A DNA stretch of 64,000 nucleotides from a virus. Each line of letters opens with the position of its first letter. Position 1 is the stretch's first letter. The stretch is taken from positions 1 through 64,000 of IMG/VR virus record IMGVR_UViG_3300020579_000006; one strand, given 5' to 3'. The translations under genes were made by a program, and so were the position numbers. Shown piece after piece: positions 1 to 9,277 of this stretch. The notes beneath the pieces were generated by a model. It was not told the origin of the DNA. It made no database searches and saw only the letters and a program-made list of their open reading frames with translations.

Positions 1-165
1 CCGCGAGTTTTCCCCAAGCTACTATATTAATCCAGTGGGTAGACTTAGTTTCTCCAAACCCGTTAACTACCGCTAACCCGAAATTAACAACTGGCCGACT
101 CGATTGAGTATACTTTAAATCAATATCTTGGCCTAAACGACCTTGTAAGACTACTAAATTTGTGC

Positions 166-486
166 TCATCCAGCTACCTTTCTTGATTCCTCATACCGTT
201 TTCTTAGTTTTTCTATATTAAAAATCCCCACTTCATCCAGTGTATATCCCAGTTCTTTTGCGGTTGCTGCAATATACCAGAGGCAGTCAGACAATTCGTC
301 CATTAAAACTGCATTATCTGGTTCAGTGCCTGCCCGCAGGTGTTTCTTGAGTTTATTAGCTAGTTCGCCAGCTTCACCGCATAAAGCTAAAACAGTGTAA
401 GTTAGCCCACCGAGAAAGGCTCCTCCGGTTTTATCTTTAAAAACTGCTGTGCCTAATGCTTTTTCTTGATAAGTGTTTAAATCCAA
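166..486 (-). CDS. MazG-like nucleotide pyrophosphohydrolase
   Basis: 'YQEKALGTA...LALCGEAGELANKLKK...DELSDCLWY...NIEKLRKRY' is the typical phage MazG-like all-alpha NTP-PPase signature. Confidence 0.9.
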   Translation of the reverse strand: MDLNTYQEKALGTAVFKDKTGGAFLGGLTYTVLALCGEAGELANKLKKHLRAGTEPDNAVLMDELSDCLWYIAATAKELGYTLDEVGIFNIEKLRKRYEESRKVAG

Positions 487-521
487 TTTGTTCTCCTTAA
501 AATTAAGGGGCCAGCCCTAGA

Positions 522-597
522 GTTCTCAGCGGGCATCGAACCCGCACATACCATCCCTGGTACCGGGAGGTGCTCTACCATGTTGAGCTATGAGAAA
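522..597 (-). ncRNA. tRNA-like element (degenerate; nominal anticodon TAC, no CCA)
   Basis: D-arm GCTC-AACATGGTA-GAGC and T-arm GCGGG-TTCGATG-CCCGC are canonical. The anticodon loop GGTACCA lacks U33. Enclosed by the inverted repeat GGGGCCAG/CTGGCCCC (507-514/598-605). Confidence 0.55.
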
Positions 598-613
598 CTG
601 GCCCCAACCCGTA

Positions 614-1597
614 CTAAAGCGTTACTAACTCTACTAAAGTCCCGGTTTCTTTAGCTGCATCAAGAGCGGTCAAAAGTTTATTCCAGTTTTCACGAGTCCA
701 TTCTTTCGAGTTTTCTATACCCGTAAACTTGACCGCAAACTTCTTAAAAACTTCTTCCGCGTTTTCTACACCAGCTTTAGGTAAAAGAGTTTTCATGTAA
801 TAGCTGGCTCGATTTACAAAAGTCTTACGTTCTTCCTTAGTAGGAAAATCGCCGGGATTATCCGGCAGTAAGTCCTTTGGAATGATAGCTTTAGGAACAC
901 CGGGGTTTACTTTCGCTCCGGTTGCAGTTTGAGGATAGTTTTCACTAAATTGTTCAGTTTCCGGATTTACAAAACTACTTTCAAAAATCGAATATTCCGG
1001 TTTTGGAGCAGGCTTGTACTTCGGTTTCACGTTCTCAACCGCAGCATTTCCGTCGTCGTCATCTTCTGCGACCGCCCCAATCAAACCGGTATAACTATAG
1101 CGTTTTGAATAAGTTATAGCCGATGCGATACTGTGGGCGTCGAACTTATCCGGTTTTCCGGGCATGGAAGTAGGTAAAAGCAACTCGTTCTCAATAAACT
1201 CGCCCGACTTGTGAGAAAGCCTCGATAACGTGCCTGCCGTTCGGTCTCGAACTATTGGAGCTTGGAAAATTACTAGTCCTTGCGCCGCCAAAGCAGGCTG
1301 CGTAGCATCTACGATTTCTTGTAGGTCCGCGTACTTGGAACTCGTATGCGGGTTTAGCTTGTTTTTAGTGATTGTTTTAAAATCTTTTTGTGCTTCTGCT
1401 AGAGCTTCCGTGAGTTGCCCGGTCGTTAAGCTAAATCTTACGGACGAAATAGCTGTCTGAAAACCTTGATTTAAACCACCAGACAGACCGCCATAACTCT
1501 GACTGCCCTGACTCAACTCCTGTAATGATAAATCTCCACCCATTGTTAGCTCCTCTTTTAATTTTTGTATCCATTCATCAACTGAAAACCATTTCAT
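614..1597 (-). CDS. erf: ERF-family ssDNA-annealing recombinase (true start may be ATG at 1543)
   Basis: 'LTEALAEAQKDF..ITKNKLNPH..SKYADL..I...GL...Q' and 'SAITYSKRY...G...EDDDDGN' are ERF family motifs. Confidence 0.88.
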   Translation of the reverse strand: MKWFSVDEWIQKLKEELTMGGDLSLQELSQGSQSYGGLSGGLNQGFQTAISSVRFSLTTGQLTEALAEAQKDFKTITKNKLNPHTSSKYADLQEIVDATQPALAAQGLVIFQAPIVRDRTAGTLSRLSHKSGEFIENELLLPTSMPGKPDKFDAHSIASAITYSKRYSYTGLIGAVAEDDDDGNAAVENVKPKYKPAPKPEYSIFESSFVNPETEQFSENYPQTATGAKVNPGVPKAIIPKDLLPDNPGDFPTKEERKTFVNRASYYMKTLLPKAGVENAEEVFKKFAVKFTGIENSKEWTRENWNKLLTALDAAKETGTLVELVTL

Positions 1598-1610
1598 TTT
1601 TTACCCAAAC

Positions 1611-1685
1611 TGGCTGTAGGGGTAGGATTCGCACCTACATCTTATTCCTTAACGGGGAAGCGTCTTACTATTAGACGACCCTACA
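1611..1685 (-). tRNA. tRNA-Asn(GTT), atypical (C33, T-loop TGCGAAT)
   Basis: Cloverleaf with TGTAGGG/CCCTACA acceptor stem, anticodon loop CCGTTAA, encoded CCA. Confidence 0.8.
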
Positions 1686-1760
1686 TTTGAACTTTTGGGG
1701 GCCTCAGATTATCACTTTAGCTTGGCCCAATCTTCACGCGAAGGGTACCCCCAAAAATCT

Positions 1761-2132
1761 TTAAATCTGAATCTGCTTAAAAACCCCATTTTCATCTATA
1801 AACCTGACAGCCCGCACATTAGATTCTTTAATTAGATGCAGACAAGTTAGGCATGGTTTCGAACATGCTGGTTTTCCGTCAGCTAATTCTCGATATACAT
1901 ACATGATGAGGTTCTGGTCAGTATAGTACCTTCTCTTAATAAGAGCACTGTGTTCTGCATGAATACCCCATTTAGCTTCGGGATGGGTGTAATTGTAACG
2001 GTTCATGCCTATTGCTACGAGTTTTGAACCCGAAAATAGTGCCGCCCCTACTTGACGGCTTTTTCTCGGAGCTATTCCGTGAAGAGATGCGGTTTTTGCG
2101 ATTTCAAAACCCCTAAGCCAGTTTTTAGTCAT
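1761..2132 (-). CDS. Zn-dependent cytidine/dCMP deaminase-like protein
   Basis: HAE motif and PCxxC (SKPCLTC). Confidence 0.85.
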   Translation of the reverse strand: MTKNWLRGFEIAKTASLHGIAPRKSRQVGAALFSGSKLVAIGMNRYNYTHPEAKWGIHAEHSALIKRRYYTDQNLIMYVYRELADGKPACSKPCLTCLHLIKESNVRAVRFIDENGVFKQIQI

Positions 2133-3262
2133 TTTTCGGAATTAAGAAATTCATTTGAAACTACTTTTAACTGAACTCTTCCCAAATGCCGTAACTGCCT
2201 TTCGAAAACAGGTTTCACTACAATACCTTCCCGTCTGTGGTTAGCTCCGGCTACTTTGGAAGGACCGTCAGACAAAGATTTGACTGTCGCTTCCTGGTAC
2301 AATCTTTCATCTAAAATAGGTACCCAATTATTAAGTACGGGTTCATACCTTGGGTCGCGTTTTAACTCAATCCAATCTACCCAAGTATCGTCCGGTTTCC
2401 GGACATCGAAAACAAAAAACCGGATTTCACCGGGTTTATTCCCGTAATTATACCCGTCCTGCGTTGGAGTGATTTCACCATAAATCGCGTAACCCGGATT
2501 TTGACGGCACCAAGTTTCTATCCACGGATTTTGTTGAAGTCCTTTTCTCCAAATACAGCCGGAACTTTCTTTCTTCCACAGTTTCCGGCTTCCCGCCCAC
2601 ATTTTTCCGTCTATAAAAACATACCGGGCGTTCGAACCGTGTATTTTTTCAGTGATTACTACTTCTTCACCTAGTTCGAATGCGTGTTGGTGAGCTTTTA
2701 AAGCTTCCACGTCGTAAACCGGCAAACCCGAATTTGGCCCTCTTTCACGACCGGAATCAGTAGTTCCGTATTTATCGAAATAATTAAACGTAGCTTTGCG
2801 AAGCAGGAAGAAAAACCAACCTTTGAAGCTGTGAGGCCATCTGCGGCCATAACTAGGGCCTTTTTCGCAGTCCGCAGCCAAGTTCGTCGGCTCTGGCGGT
2901 TCGTAGTGGGTAATTCCCAAAAACTCTGCTAAATCGCTTCCTACTTCGTAAACTTGATTGTCTGGAACAGGCATAAGCAAACCTTCGGACCATTCCCCGC
3001 GAAGTTTCTTGGCTTTAATTCGCCTATACTTGACCGGTACTTCGCCCTCAAAGCCTCTGCCTTCCCACAAAAACTTGAATTCATCCGTCTGCGGCACAAC
3101 ACTATCCGGGAAAATGTAATACCCCAAATCACCTGTTTTAAACTGGCCTTTCGGTACGACCGCCTGATAATCGAAAACTTTTATGATATCGAGTTTGTCC
3201 GCGTTTGAATGTAGTTGTATATTATCTATCTTGACAACGGGAACTTTATGATGTTCAGGCAC
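2129..3262 (-). CDS. ATP-dependent RNA ligase, Rnl2/DRB0094 family
   Basis: N-terminal 'HSNADKLDI...YQAVVPKGQFKTGD...RIKAKKLRGEWSEGL'; nucleotidyltransferase motifs EKIHG, YGE, FFVFDV, REGIVVK, LKVVS. Confidence 0.9.
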   Translation of the reverse strand: MPEHHKVPVVKIDNIQLHSNADKLDIIKVFDYQAVVPKGQFKTGDLGYYIFPDSVVPQTDEFKFLWEGRGFEGEVPVKYRRIKAKKLRGEWSEGLLMPVPDNQVYEVGSDLAEFLGITHYEPPEPTNLAADCEKGPSYGRRWPHSFKGWFFFLLRKATFNYFDKYGTTDSGRERGPNSGLPVYDVEALKAHQHAFELGEEVVITEKIHGSNARYVFIDGKMWAGSRKLWKKESSGCIWRKGLQQNPWIETWCRQNPGYAIYGEITPTQDGYNYGNKPGEIRFFVFDVRKPDDTWVDWIELKRDPRYEPVLNNWVPILDERLYQEATVKSLSDGPSKVAGANHRREGIVVKPVFERQLRHLGRVQLKVVSNEFLNSEK

Positions 3263-3263
3263 T

Positions 3264-3485
3264 TTATTCTCCCGCCAATTCTAGGCCGTTATTTTTAATC
3301 CACTCTTTATATTTCTTGTCCCCGTCCAGACCTTCGAAATAACCTTTTGGATATTTTTCTCCATCCCAAGGAAGTTCGCGTCGTATTAGTTTTCCCGGAC
3401 AGCGAGTACAATATGTTAACGGATGATGATATGCTATGCCGCAGTTGTTTGAACAAACATAAACTGCCCGAGTTGTTCGATTCAT
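3264..3485 (-). CDS. small Zn-ribbon protein
   Basis: CxxxC...CxxC; tightly packed in the operon. Confidence 0.55.
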   Translation of the reverse strand: MNRTTRAVYVCSNNCGIAYHHPLTYCTRCPGKLIRRELPWDGEKYPKGYFEGLDGDKKYKEWIKNNGLELAGE

Positions 3486-3685
3486 TTCTTACTCCTGATT
3501 ATATTTATCCATCTGAAACCCAAAAGTGCTATTGCCGCTGCCGTTACCACGACTGCCCACGAGTTGTCCGGAAAGTGAACTCCTATCTCAAACCCGAAAA
3601 AACCCGCAGTAATAAAAGTCAACGCTAAAACCCCCAGTACTTGCCATGTTTTGTTATTCATGTGTCCTATCTCTAGACTAATCAC
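3482..3685 (-). CDS. small membrane protein
   Basis: Two hydrophobic segments; 4-nt overlaps with neighbours. Confidence 0.5.
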   Translation of the reverse strand: MISLEIGHMNNKTWQVLGVLALTFITAGFFGFEIGVHFPDNSWAVVVTAAAIALLGFRWINIIRSKK

Positions 3686-3963
3686 GAGTTTATCGTTTTA
3701 TTGAGTTCTTCAGCGCACTCTTGCAATCTCTGTTTCAATGCAGATTCCCAAGCGTCATTCGGTCGAAAGTCGGCCATATCATTCCATTTTTGGATTAAAA
3801 TTTGAATTTTACCCTTCAACCGGTTACTAAAACATTTTGATTTGTGATTTTCTATAGACTCATCTACAAATAAATCCATTCCGCACACATGAAAACTGTT
3901 GCAGTTAGAACAACTCCAAGTTTTTGTTTCTCTATATCCGTGTGTATTAAACCAAATTTTCAT
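3682..3963 (-). CDS. hypothetical protein
   Basis: GGAGG RBS; operon packing. Confidence 0.55.
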   Translation of the reverse strand: MKIWFNTHGYRETKTWSCSNCNSFHVCGMDLFVDESIENHKSKCFSNRLKGKIQILIQKWNDMADFRPNDAWESALKQRLQECAEELNKTINS

Positions 3964-4096
3964 ATTACCTCCAAATTTTCCATTAATATGACTGCCTTAA
4001 AATGGTCGTGGATGAAAGTGTCGAGCTTTCCCGTCGCTCCAATCTAGAGCTTTCGGGTGGGTATAAGCCACCCCCGCACAGCCGGTGCTATCCACG

Positions 4097-4462
4097 TTAT
4101 TCTCCTAATACAATTCCAAATCTGCTCCGCTCGTCGTTGTCCAGTCCGAAACGTTGAATGTCTCCAAGACTTGACGCTACATCGCCGGAATTACTGGCTT
4201 GGCAATCCCAACCTGTATAATCGCAATGGCCCCGAGCTACGAAAAACCGACCACCCTTTAACTGGCCGTATACGACCCAACTACGTTCGTCTCTTTCCCC
4301 TTCACTTAGTCCGAAAATTACTTCAACATCCTCTCTAGAAAAAGTCGAGTTTGGAGTAACCGTGTCTCCAGGTCGGCGGTTTGGTATAATTGGAGTACAG
4401 TTTCCCCCGCCTCCTTCTCCAAAAACTTCCGCCCAGTCGTAATTATCGAGTTCTTTGAACAT
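4097..4462 (-). CDS. hypothetical phage protein (CDYTGWDCQ motif)
   Basis: AGGAG RBS; directly downstream of rtcB. Confidence 0.65.
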   Translation of the reverse strand: MFKELDNYDWAEVFGEGGGGNCTPIIPNRRPGDTVTPNSTFSREDVEVIFGLSEGERDERSWVVYGQLKGGRFFVARGHCDYTGWDCQASNSGDVASSLGDIQRFGLDNDERSRFGIVLGE

Positions 4463-4463
4463 T

Positions 4464-5723
4464 TTATTCTCCTAATCCTTTGACACACAAAATCTGTTTC
4501 AGAATATGTACAGGTTTGACCAAATCTGTCTGCGCAGCCATTACGGAATCTATAGATTTATACGCTCCGGGTGTTTCGTCTAAAACTTCAGCACCTTTCC
4601 AGCATTCTACCCCTGCCGTTGCAGCTTCGTGGTCAGCCAGTGTAAACCGTTTTTTGGCCTCAGTTCTTGACATCGCTCGTCCCGCGCCATGACTGCACGA
4701 TTTAAAACTGTGCGGAGACCCCAATCCTTGACCGATTATTGTTTTTGCCCCCATGCTTCCGGGAATAATAACCCAGTCGCCAATATCGGCTTTAACCGCT
4801 CCCTTACGAGTTAGTAAAACTTTTTTACCGAAATGGGTTTCCTCCGCCGCGTAGTTGTGGTGTAAATGAACCTCAAAATCTGAATACGCGATATTCAGAA
4901 GGTTAGACGGCCAGAGTGAAGGATAGATAGCTTGTAAAACCCGACCCATCATAATTTGCCGGTTTTTCCAAGCGTATTTTTGAGCTAAATTCAGCGCTTT
5001 TAGATAATCGTTGTATTCTTCTGTGCCTTGCGGGAAATACGCAAGGTCGGGGTCCGGTAAATGAACAAACCACTGCTTGCAGCGTTCCTTCGCTAAATTC
5101 GTGAAGTATGTACCAATCCTGTTCCCAAAACCCCGACTGCCGCTGTGTAAAACCACCCAAATCCGGTTTTCTTCATCTTCTGAAACTTCAATGAAGTGGT
5201 TTCCAGTACCAAGAGTACCAAGGTGTTTTTCTGCGTTTTTGCTTATTGCATTTGGGTGTTTTTGCTCTAAATGCCAAAAATGAAAATCCTTTTCCCACAC
5301 GTCGTGAATATCCGCCGGAACGTTATGCCAAGCTCCCCGGTCGCCTTCGCCCCCATTATTTGTCCGACCGTGTGGAACGGCGTCTGAAATTAATTTGAAC
5401 AAAAGCGGGAGACACTGTTTAACCCGGTCTGCTTCGAGTAAAGTACGGACTGCGTACATCCCGCAGCCAATATCGACGCCCACAGCCGCTGGAATGACCG
5501 CTCCCACCGTCGGGATTACAGAGCCTACTGTGGAACCTAAACCCCAGTGACAATCAGGCATGGCTGCTACGTAAGGTTTAACGAAAGGGAGTCTACACGT
5601 ATTTTTAAGCTGCTCTACGGCTTTTTCTTCGAAAGGAACGCCACTATTCCACATCTTAATTTGGCCGAAATTACCTCTAGCGTCGTAATCCGCTTGTAAA
5701 AACTCGAATTTATTTTCAGTCAT
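4464..5723 (-). CDS. rtcB: RtcB 3'-phosphate/5'-OH RNA ligase
   Basis: MPDCHWG, AVGVDIGCG, LGTLGTGNHFIE, LHSGSRG, HHNYA, RKGA, IPGSMG, SCSHGAGR, DETPGAYK. Confidence 0.97.
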   Translation of the reverse strand: MTENKFEFLQADYDARGNFGQIKMWNSGVPFEEKAVEQLKNTCRLPFVKPYVAAMPDCHWGLGSTVGSVIPTVGAVIPAAVGVDIGCGMYAVRTLLEADRVKQCLPLLFKLISDAVPHGRTNNGGEGDRGAWHNVPADIHDVWEKDFHFWHLEQKHPNAISKNAEKHLGTLGTGNHFIEVSEDEENRIWVVLHSGSRGFGNRIGTYFTNLAKERCKQWFVHLPDPDLAYFPQGTEEYNDYLKALNLAQKYAWKNRQIMMGRVLQAIYPSLWPSNLLNIAYSDFEVHLHHNYAAEETHFGKKVLLTRKGAVKADIGDWVIIPGSMGAKTIIGQGLGSPHSFKSCSHGAGRAMSRTEAKKRFTLADHEAATAGVECWKGAEVLDETPGAYKSIDSVMAAQTDLVKPVHILKQILCVKGLGE

Positions 5724-5964
5724 ATTTCACCTGTTCTAAGTTCTCTGCGTACAAAAACCACCCTGTATTTTTATCCAACATATCAAAAAGCAAGCGATGA
5801 CCTTTTTCCCATGAAACGAATTCAACCCCAATAATAACCCGACCGCAAAAAGACTCGAAAAGTAACCGGACTATGCCTATCTTGTCTACTAACTGTAAAT
5901 CCCACACGTTCTTATGGGTTTTTATTACCTTTACTAAATCACCGACTTTGGGGACTTCTTTCAT
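5716..5964 (-). CDS. hypothetical SH3/KOW-like protein
   Basis: 'PKVGDLVKV' start; overlaps the rtcB start. Confidence 0.55.
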   Translation of the reverse strand: MKEVPKVGDLVKVIKTHKNVWDLQLVDKIGIVRLLFESFCGRVIIGVEFVSWEKGHRLLFDMLDKNTGWFLYAENLEQVKYD

Positions 5965-6096
5965 TGGGTTCCTTCGGTGGGTTTGTCTCCCACGTAACCG
6001 TAAGCGGAATATTCTTAAAGTGACTTCTCCAGACAGTGACGGTCAAAATAATGAACTGTCCGAAGCTACTTAGTGAACCGAGTATAATAAAAAATT

Positions 6097-6525
6097 TCAC
6101 GAGTTTTTCTCGAAAAATAGAGTTGGATTTAGGTCTCCATTTATTAATCTGGCGAAACTTAATATTTCTCGCATACGGTCACTACCCATGACCGCTTGTA
6201 ATAAAATCCTACGTTCTGCTGAAATCGGTTGTTTCAGACGAATAGTTATGTGTTTTCGCCAAGACAGCCCGCTCTTTGACGGCCATTCTGAACAGTCTTC
6301 GATACCTAAAGTTTTGTCGAGAATATCTTTGTGACGTTTGAAAGTTTCGTATGCGTCTGCTGAATCAATGTCGATTTGCAAAGCATGTTCGCTTGGAAAA
6401 ACTACACTCCAATTGTTCTTTTCAGCGAGTTTTATAGCTTCTTCGCTACTTCTGCCGATTTCTCCATCTTCATTAATAGAATCTTCGGTTTTAGAAACCA
6501 TCAAATCATCGAGATTTTCAGACAT
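6097..6525 (-). CDS. hypothetical protein
   Basis: 142-aa ORF, TAATG-coupled to the upstream gene. Confidence 0.6.
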   Translation of the reverse strand: MSENLDDLMVSKTEDSINEDGEIGRSSEEAIKLAEKNNWSVVFPSEHALQIDIDSADAYETFKRHKDILDKTLGIEDCSEWPSKSGLSWRKHITIRLKQPISAERRILLQAVMGSDRMREILSFARLINGDLNPTLFFEKNS

Positions 6526-6887
6526 TATTTAGTTTCTCCTGGAGTTGAAACCACCCGTACTTGCAGTTCAACTACTCCTTTTTTAACAAAATCGAGTTTT
6601 TTAGCAACCGCGAGCGAAACGTCCAATTCCCGGTCTTTCACAAAAGGACCTTTATCGGTAATAACCGCGTAAACACCCCGTCCGTTTTCCGGATTTTCGA
6701 TGAATATAAGTGTACCTAATGGTAACGAGTTCGAGGCCGCCGTGAAAAACTCGCAATTCATCGGTTTTCCGTTCGCCATCCGTTTTCCGGACTCGCAATA
6801 CCAACTTACGAGCATTTTCCGACTGTCCGGTTTTTGCTGAAAACCCGTAACAAGAAAGAGTCCTAGTACTAGTAAAGATTTAGTCAT
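6525..6887 (-). CDS. RlpA-like DPBB lytic transglycosylase with signal peptide
   Basis: 'SWY....RMANG....FTAASNSLPLGT....NPENGR.V...ITDKGPFVKDRELDVSLAVAKKL...G'. Confidence 0.9.
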   Translation of the reverse strand: MTKSLLVLGLFLVTGFQQKPDSRKMLVSWYCESGKRMANGKPMNCEFFTAASNSLPLGTLIFIENPENGRGVYAVITDKGPFVKDRELDVSLAVAKKLDFVKKGVVELQVRVVSTPGETK

Positions 6888-7095
6888 TAATTTTTTCTAC
6901 TGTCGAAGTTCTGGTTGTTATTTTCCGATATTTCTCTACCGCAACTAAATGATAAACACCCACAACATGTTCACGTCCGTTGTCGGAAACTCGGCTGTCT
7001 AAAAACTCGCTACCAACCAAATGTTTTATTTCCGGAAAGTTGTAGTAGTCGTATACAGGTTCTTCAGTTACGTATAAAATTTTAGGATACTCCAT
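6880..7095 (-). CDS. hypothetical protein
   Basis: ATG at 7095 (MEYPK) with GGAG upstream. Confidence 0.5.
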   Translation of the reverse strand: MEYPKILYVTEEPVYDYYNFPEIKHLVGSEFLDSRVSDNGREHVVGVYHLVAVEKYRKITTRTSTVEKIND

Positions 7096-7341
7096 ATTAG
7101 CTCCAAATAAACCCGCATTTGCAAACTCGAATTTCACCAGTTTTCTTAATTAGATGCTCTTTACACCGTGGACAGGTACGTTCCCAATTACCGGTTGTAC
7201 TTGATGTCGAACCCACAAGGCTTGATTTTTCCGGTAGGGCATCTCCAGAACCACTTATCGTGTTTTTCATTGTAGATAGCTTTGTGGTCACAATAATAGC
7301 ACTTTAGGCAGTCAGAACAAATGTGGCGATAGTGGTCGTGA

Positions 7342-7623
7342 TTAGCGGGTCCGACGCCGGTCATAAATTACTACCTGTCCAAACTCGTCACGCGAAATTG
7401 GCGAACTTATATTAATATGCAGAAGTGCGAGTTCAGACAGTATCTCTTTTCTTTCAGATTTAGTCATCCACGGACGCAAACCCGCCCTAATTTCTGACCG
7501 TTTTTGTCTTAACCACCGGTCAGCCGTGTTTTCGGCTTCTGTATTAGATGCTAGATTTATATAAATAAGTTCCGGTTGTCCGGAAAATGAACCTGCGTAT
7601 AATTCAAACTCGTACTTTACCAT
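7342..7623 (-). CDS. hypothetical protein
   Basis: Operon packing. Confidence 0.5.
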   Translation of the reverse strand: MVKYEFELYAGSFSGQPELIYINLASNTEAENTADRWLRQKRSEIRAGLRPWMTKSERKEILSELALLHINISSPISRDEFGQVVIYDRRRTR

Positions 7624-7967
7624 AACTTTTTCATAGCTCCTTGCTTACAAAGTTTTAACATTCGGGCGTGAAATTTAGGTCCGTGAGAAGTTTTGTCGTT
7701 TGTGTGTTTCAAATCGAGGTGAACCATCTCGTGGAGTAGTACCTGTTTAGTAATCTTACTCGAAAAATTAAGTTCTTTAGCTATGTAAATTTTGTACACA
7801 TCTTTGTGTTTTTTGGGTTTACAGCCGCATCTATACGTCGATAAAACCCCTAAAGAATCTTCGCGGCGCAGTAACTTCTTGTCCCATTTCACCTTGGCCG
7901 TCGGTAGTTTATTCTTAAAGTACTTCTTATTGTAATAATCAAAGAACCACTCCAGTTTATTTCTCAT
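7617..7967 (-). CDS. SprT-like Zn metalloprotease
   Basis: 'FFDYYNKKYF..LP...W' and 'LLHEMVH...HGPKF'. Confidence 0.88.
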   Translation of the reverse strand: MRNKLEWFFDYYNKKYFKNKLPTAKVKWDKKLLRREDSLGVLSTYRCGCKPKKHKDVYKIYIAKELNFSSKITKQVLLHEMVHLDLKHTNDKTSHGPKFHARMLKLCKQGAMKKLW

Positions 7968-7975
7968 AAAATTAG

Positions 7976-8069
7976 TTCCGGTTTTGGCTGAATTTAAGGC
8001 TCTTGGGTAACTTTATCCTGAGCAGTTTTGTATTCAGCGCCAATGGTGTTACCCCTTACAAAACCGGAA
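7976..8069 (-). ncRNA. unidentified structured RNA with pseudoknot potential
   Basis: 11-bp terminal stem (7976-7986/8059-8069); inner helices 7987-7993/8032-8038 and 7999-8002/8020-8023; loop GGGTAAC 8005-8011 complementary to GTTACCC 8048-8054. Confidence 0.5.
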
Positions 8070-8071
8070 AT

Positions 8072-8154
8072 TGGTAGCGGAGCATGGGAGTCGAACCCAT
8101 TATTGAAAGTTTATGAGACTTCCGTGATTTATTTGTCCGTTTCACTCGCCCGCA
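8072..8154 (-). tRNA. tRNA with CAT anticodon (Met/fMet/Ile2), atypical acceptor stem and long D-loop
   Basis: GAAGT-CTCATAA-ACTTT anticodon arm, ATGGG-TTCGACT-CCCAT T-arm, CCA end. Confidence 0.7.
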
Positions 8155-8156
8155 AC

Positions 8157-8245
8157 TGGTGGATAGGGTAGGATTTGAACCTACTACGTCGCTAGGACGG
8201 CCAGATTTACAGTCTGGTACGGCTCCCCGTCTCCGTCGCCTATCC
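8157..8245 (-). tRNA. tRNA-Tyr(GTA)
   Basis: GGATAGG/CCTATCC acceptor stem, CCAGA-CTGTAAA-TCTGG, long variable arm, CCA. Confidence 0.9.
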
Positions 8246-8386
8246 AAAATCAGGCTACGTCAATCGTGTCAATCATAGCCTCGATTTCTTCTCGCAAAGC
8301 CTGTAAATCTTCTAAAGTCTCTTGTGGCGAGTTTGCCACGTTATTAAAAACCGCTTTTATGGCTTCGAGTGCTTTTTCGTATTTAT

Positions 8387-9277
8387 TCATGCGAGTTCTC
8401 CTGCGATTTTCTCTATATATGGCCGGTCATAGTCTTTGCCGGTTTGAGCGTAAAGCCCGAAGGTTAGTCCAGGTAATCCGTGGCCTAATCTTGCGGCAGC
8501 TACAGTCTCCGGGATGCACAGATTAGCCATTATAGTAGAATTTCCCCGTCTGAAACTATGGAATCCTCCGACTGAGAGACCACTGTTCCGCATACAAGGA
8601 TGGAGAGCCGAAACCAATACGGAGTTAGCATGCAAAGAACTGCCTTTATTCGTTCTAAAAATGAAAGAGTCCCGAAGAATGTTTCCCTGTAAAACAGTTC
8701 TTTGTCTTCTGTGTACGGAGAAAGTGTCACAGAGCCTCCTGGATGTAGACAAACTGCGTATAGAGTTGCTGGTTTTAGGTTCTTGGGTTTTTCCACTGAA
8801 TAAACTCCTTTGAATTAACAACTTACGGTTTTCAAAATCAATATCCTGCCACTGTAACCCGAGTGCCTCGCCTATTCTCATTCCGGTTTCAGCAAGCAGA
8901 TAAAACAAAACTTTATACTGACCTTCGCTAATATCTACGAGTTTACGCATTTCAGCCGCCGTCAGCCAAGGTTGGGGTTTTTTTACGAGTTTTGGTAGCT
9001 CAGGGTCAGGTACGGCTTGAATTAATCCTTCTTTTCTTGCTCTATTTAGGACTAGCTTTACGGTTCCTACGTAGTTTTTAAGACCTTTTGGACTTAGAGT
9101 TTTAGCGAGTTCGCAAACGTGGCCCTGAAAACGAGATTCTGTCAAGTCTGAAAGTTCAGTTTCCGGAAAACTCGCATTTAACTTCCTGATATGACTGTTC
9201 ATAGTGACGATAGTGGCGGGTTTTTTGAGTTGTAGAATGCTTCCCCGCCACTTGTCGGTGTATTCAGATAACAGCAT
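8387..9277 (-). CDS. int: tyrosine recombinase/integrase
   Basis: TGMRIGEALGLQWQDID, PKT..S.R, HSFRR, LGH, terminal Tyr. Confidence 0.92.
   Translation of the reverse strand: MLLSEYTDKWRGSILQLKKPATIVTMNSHIRKLNASFPETELSDLTESRFQGHVCELAKTLSPKGLKNYVGTVKLVLNRARKEGLIQAVPDPELPKLVKKPQPWLTAAEMRKLVDISEGQYKVLFYLLAETGMRIGEALGLQWQDIDFENRKLLIQRSLFSGKTQEPKTSNSIRSLSTSRRLCDTFSVHRRQRTVLQGNILRDSFIFRTNKGSSLHANSVLVSALHPCMRNSGLSVGGFHSFRRGNSTIMANLCIPETVAAARLGHGLPGLTFGLYAQTGKDYDRPYIEKIAGELA

Noticed and set aside
8056-8247. Short ORFs over tRNA clusters (also 31009-31282, 43973-44556)
   Set aside because: They overlap well-formed tRNA genes.
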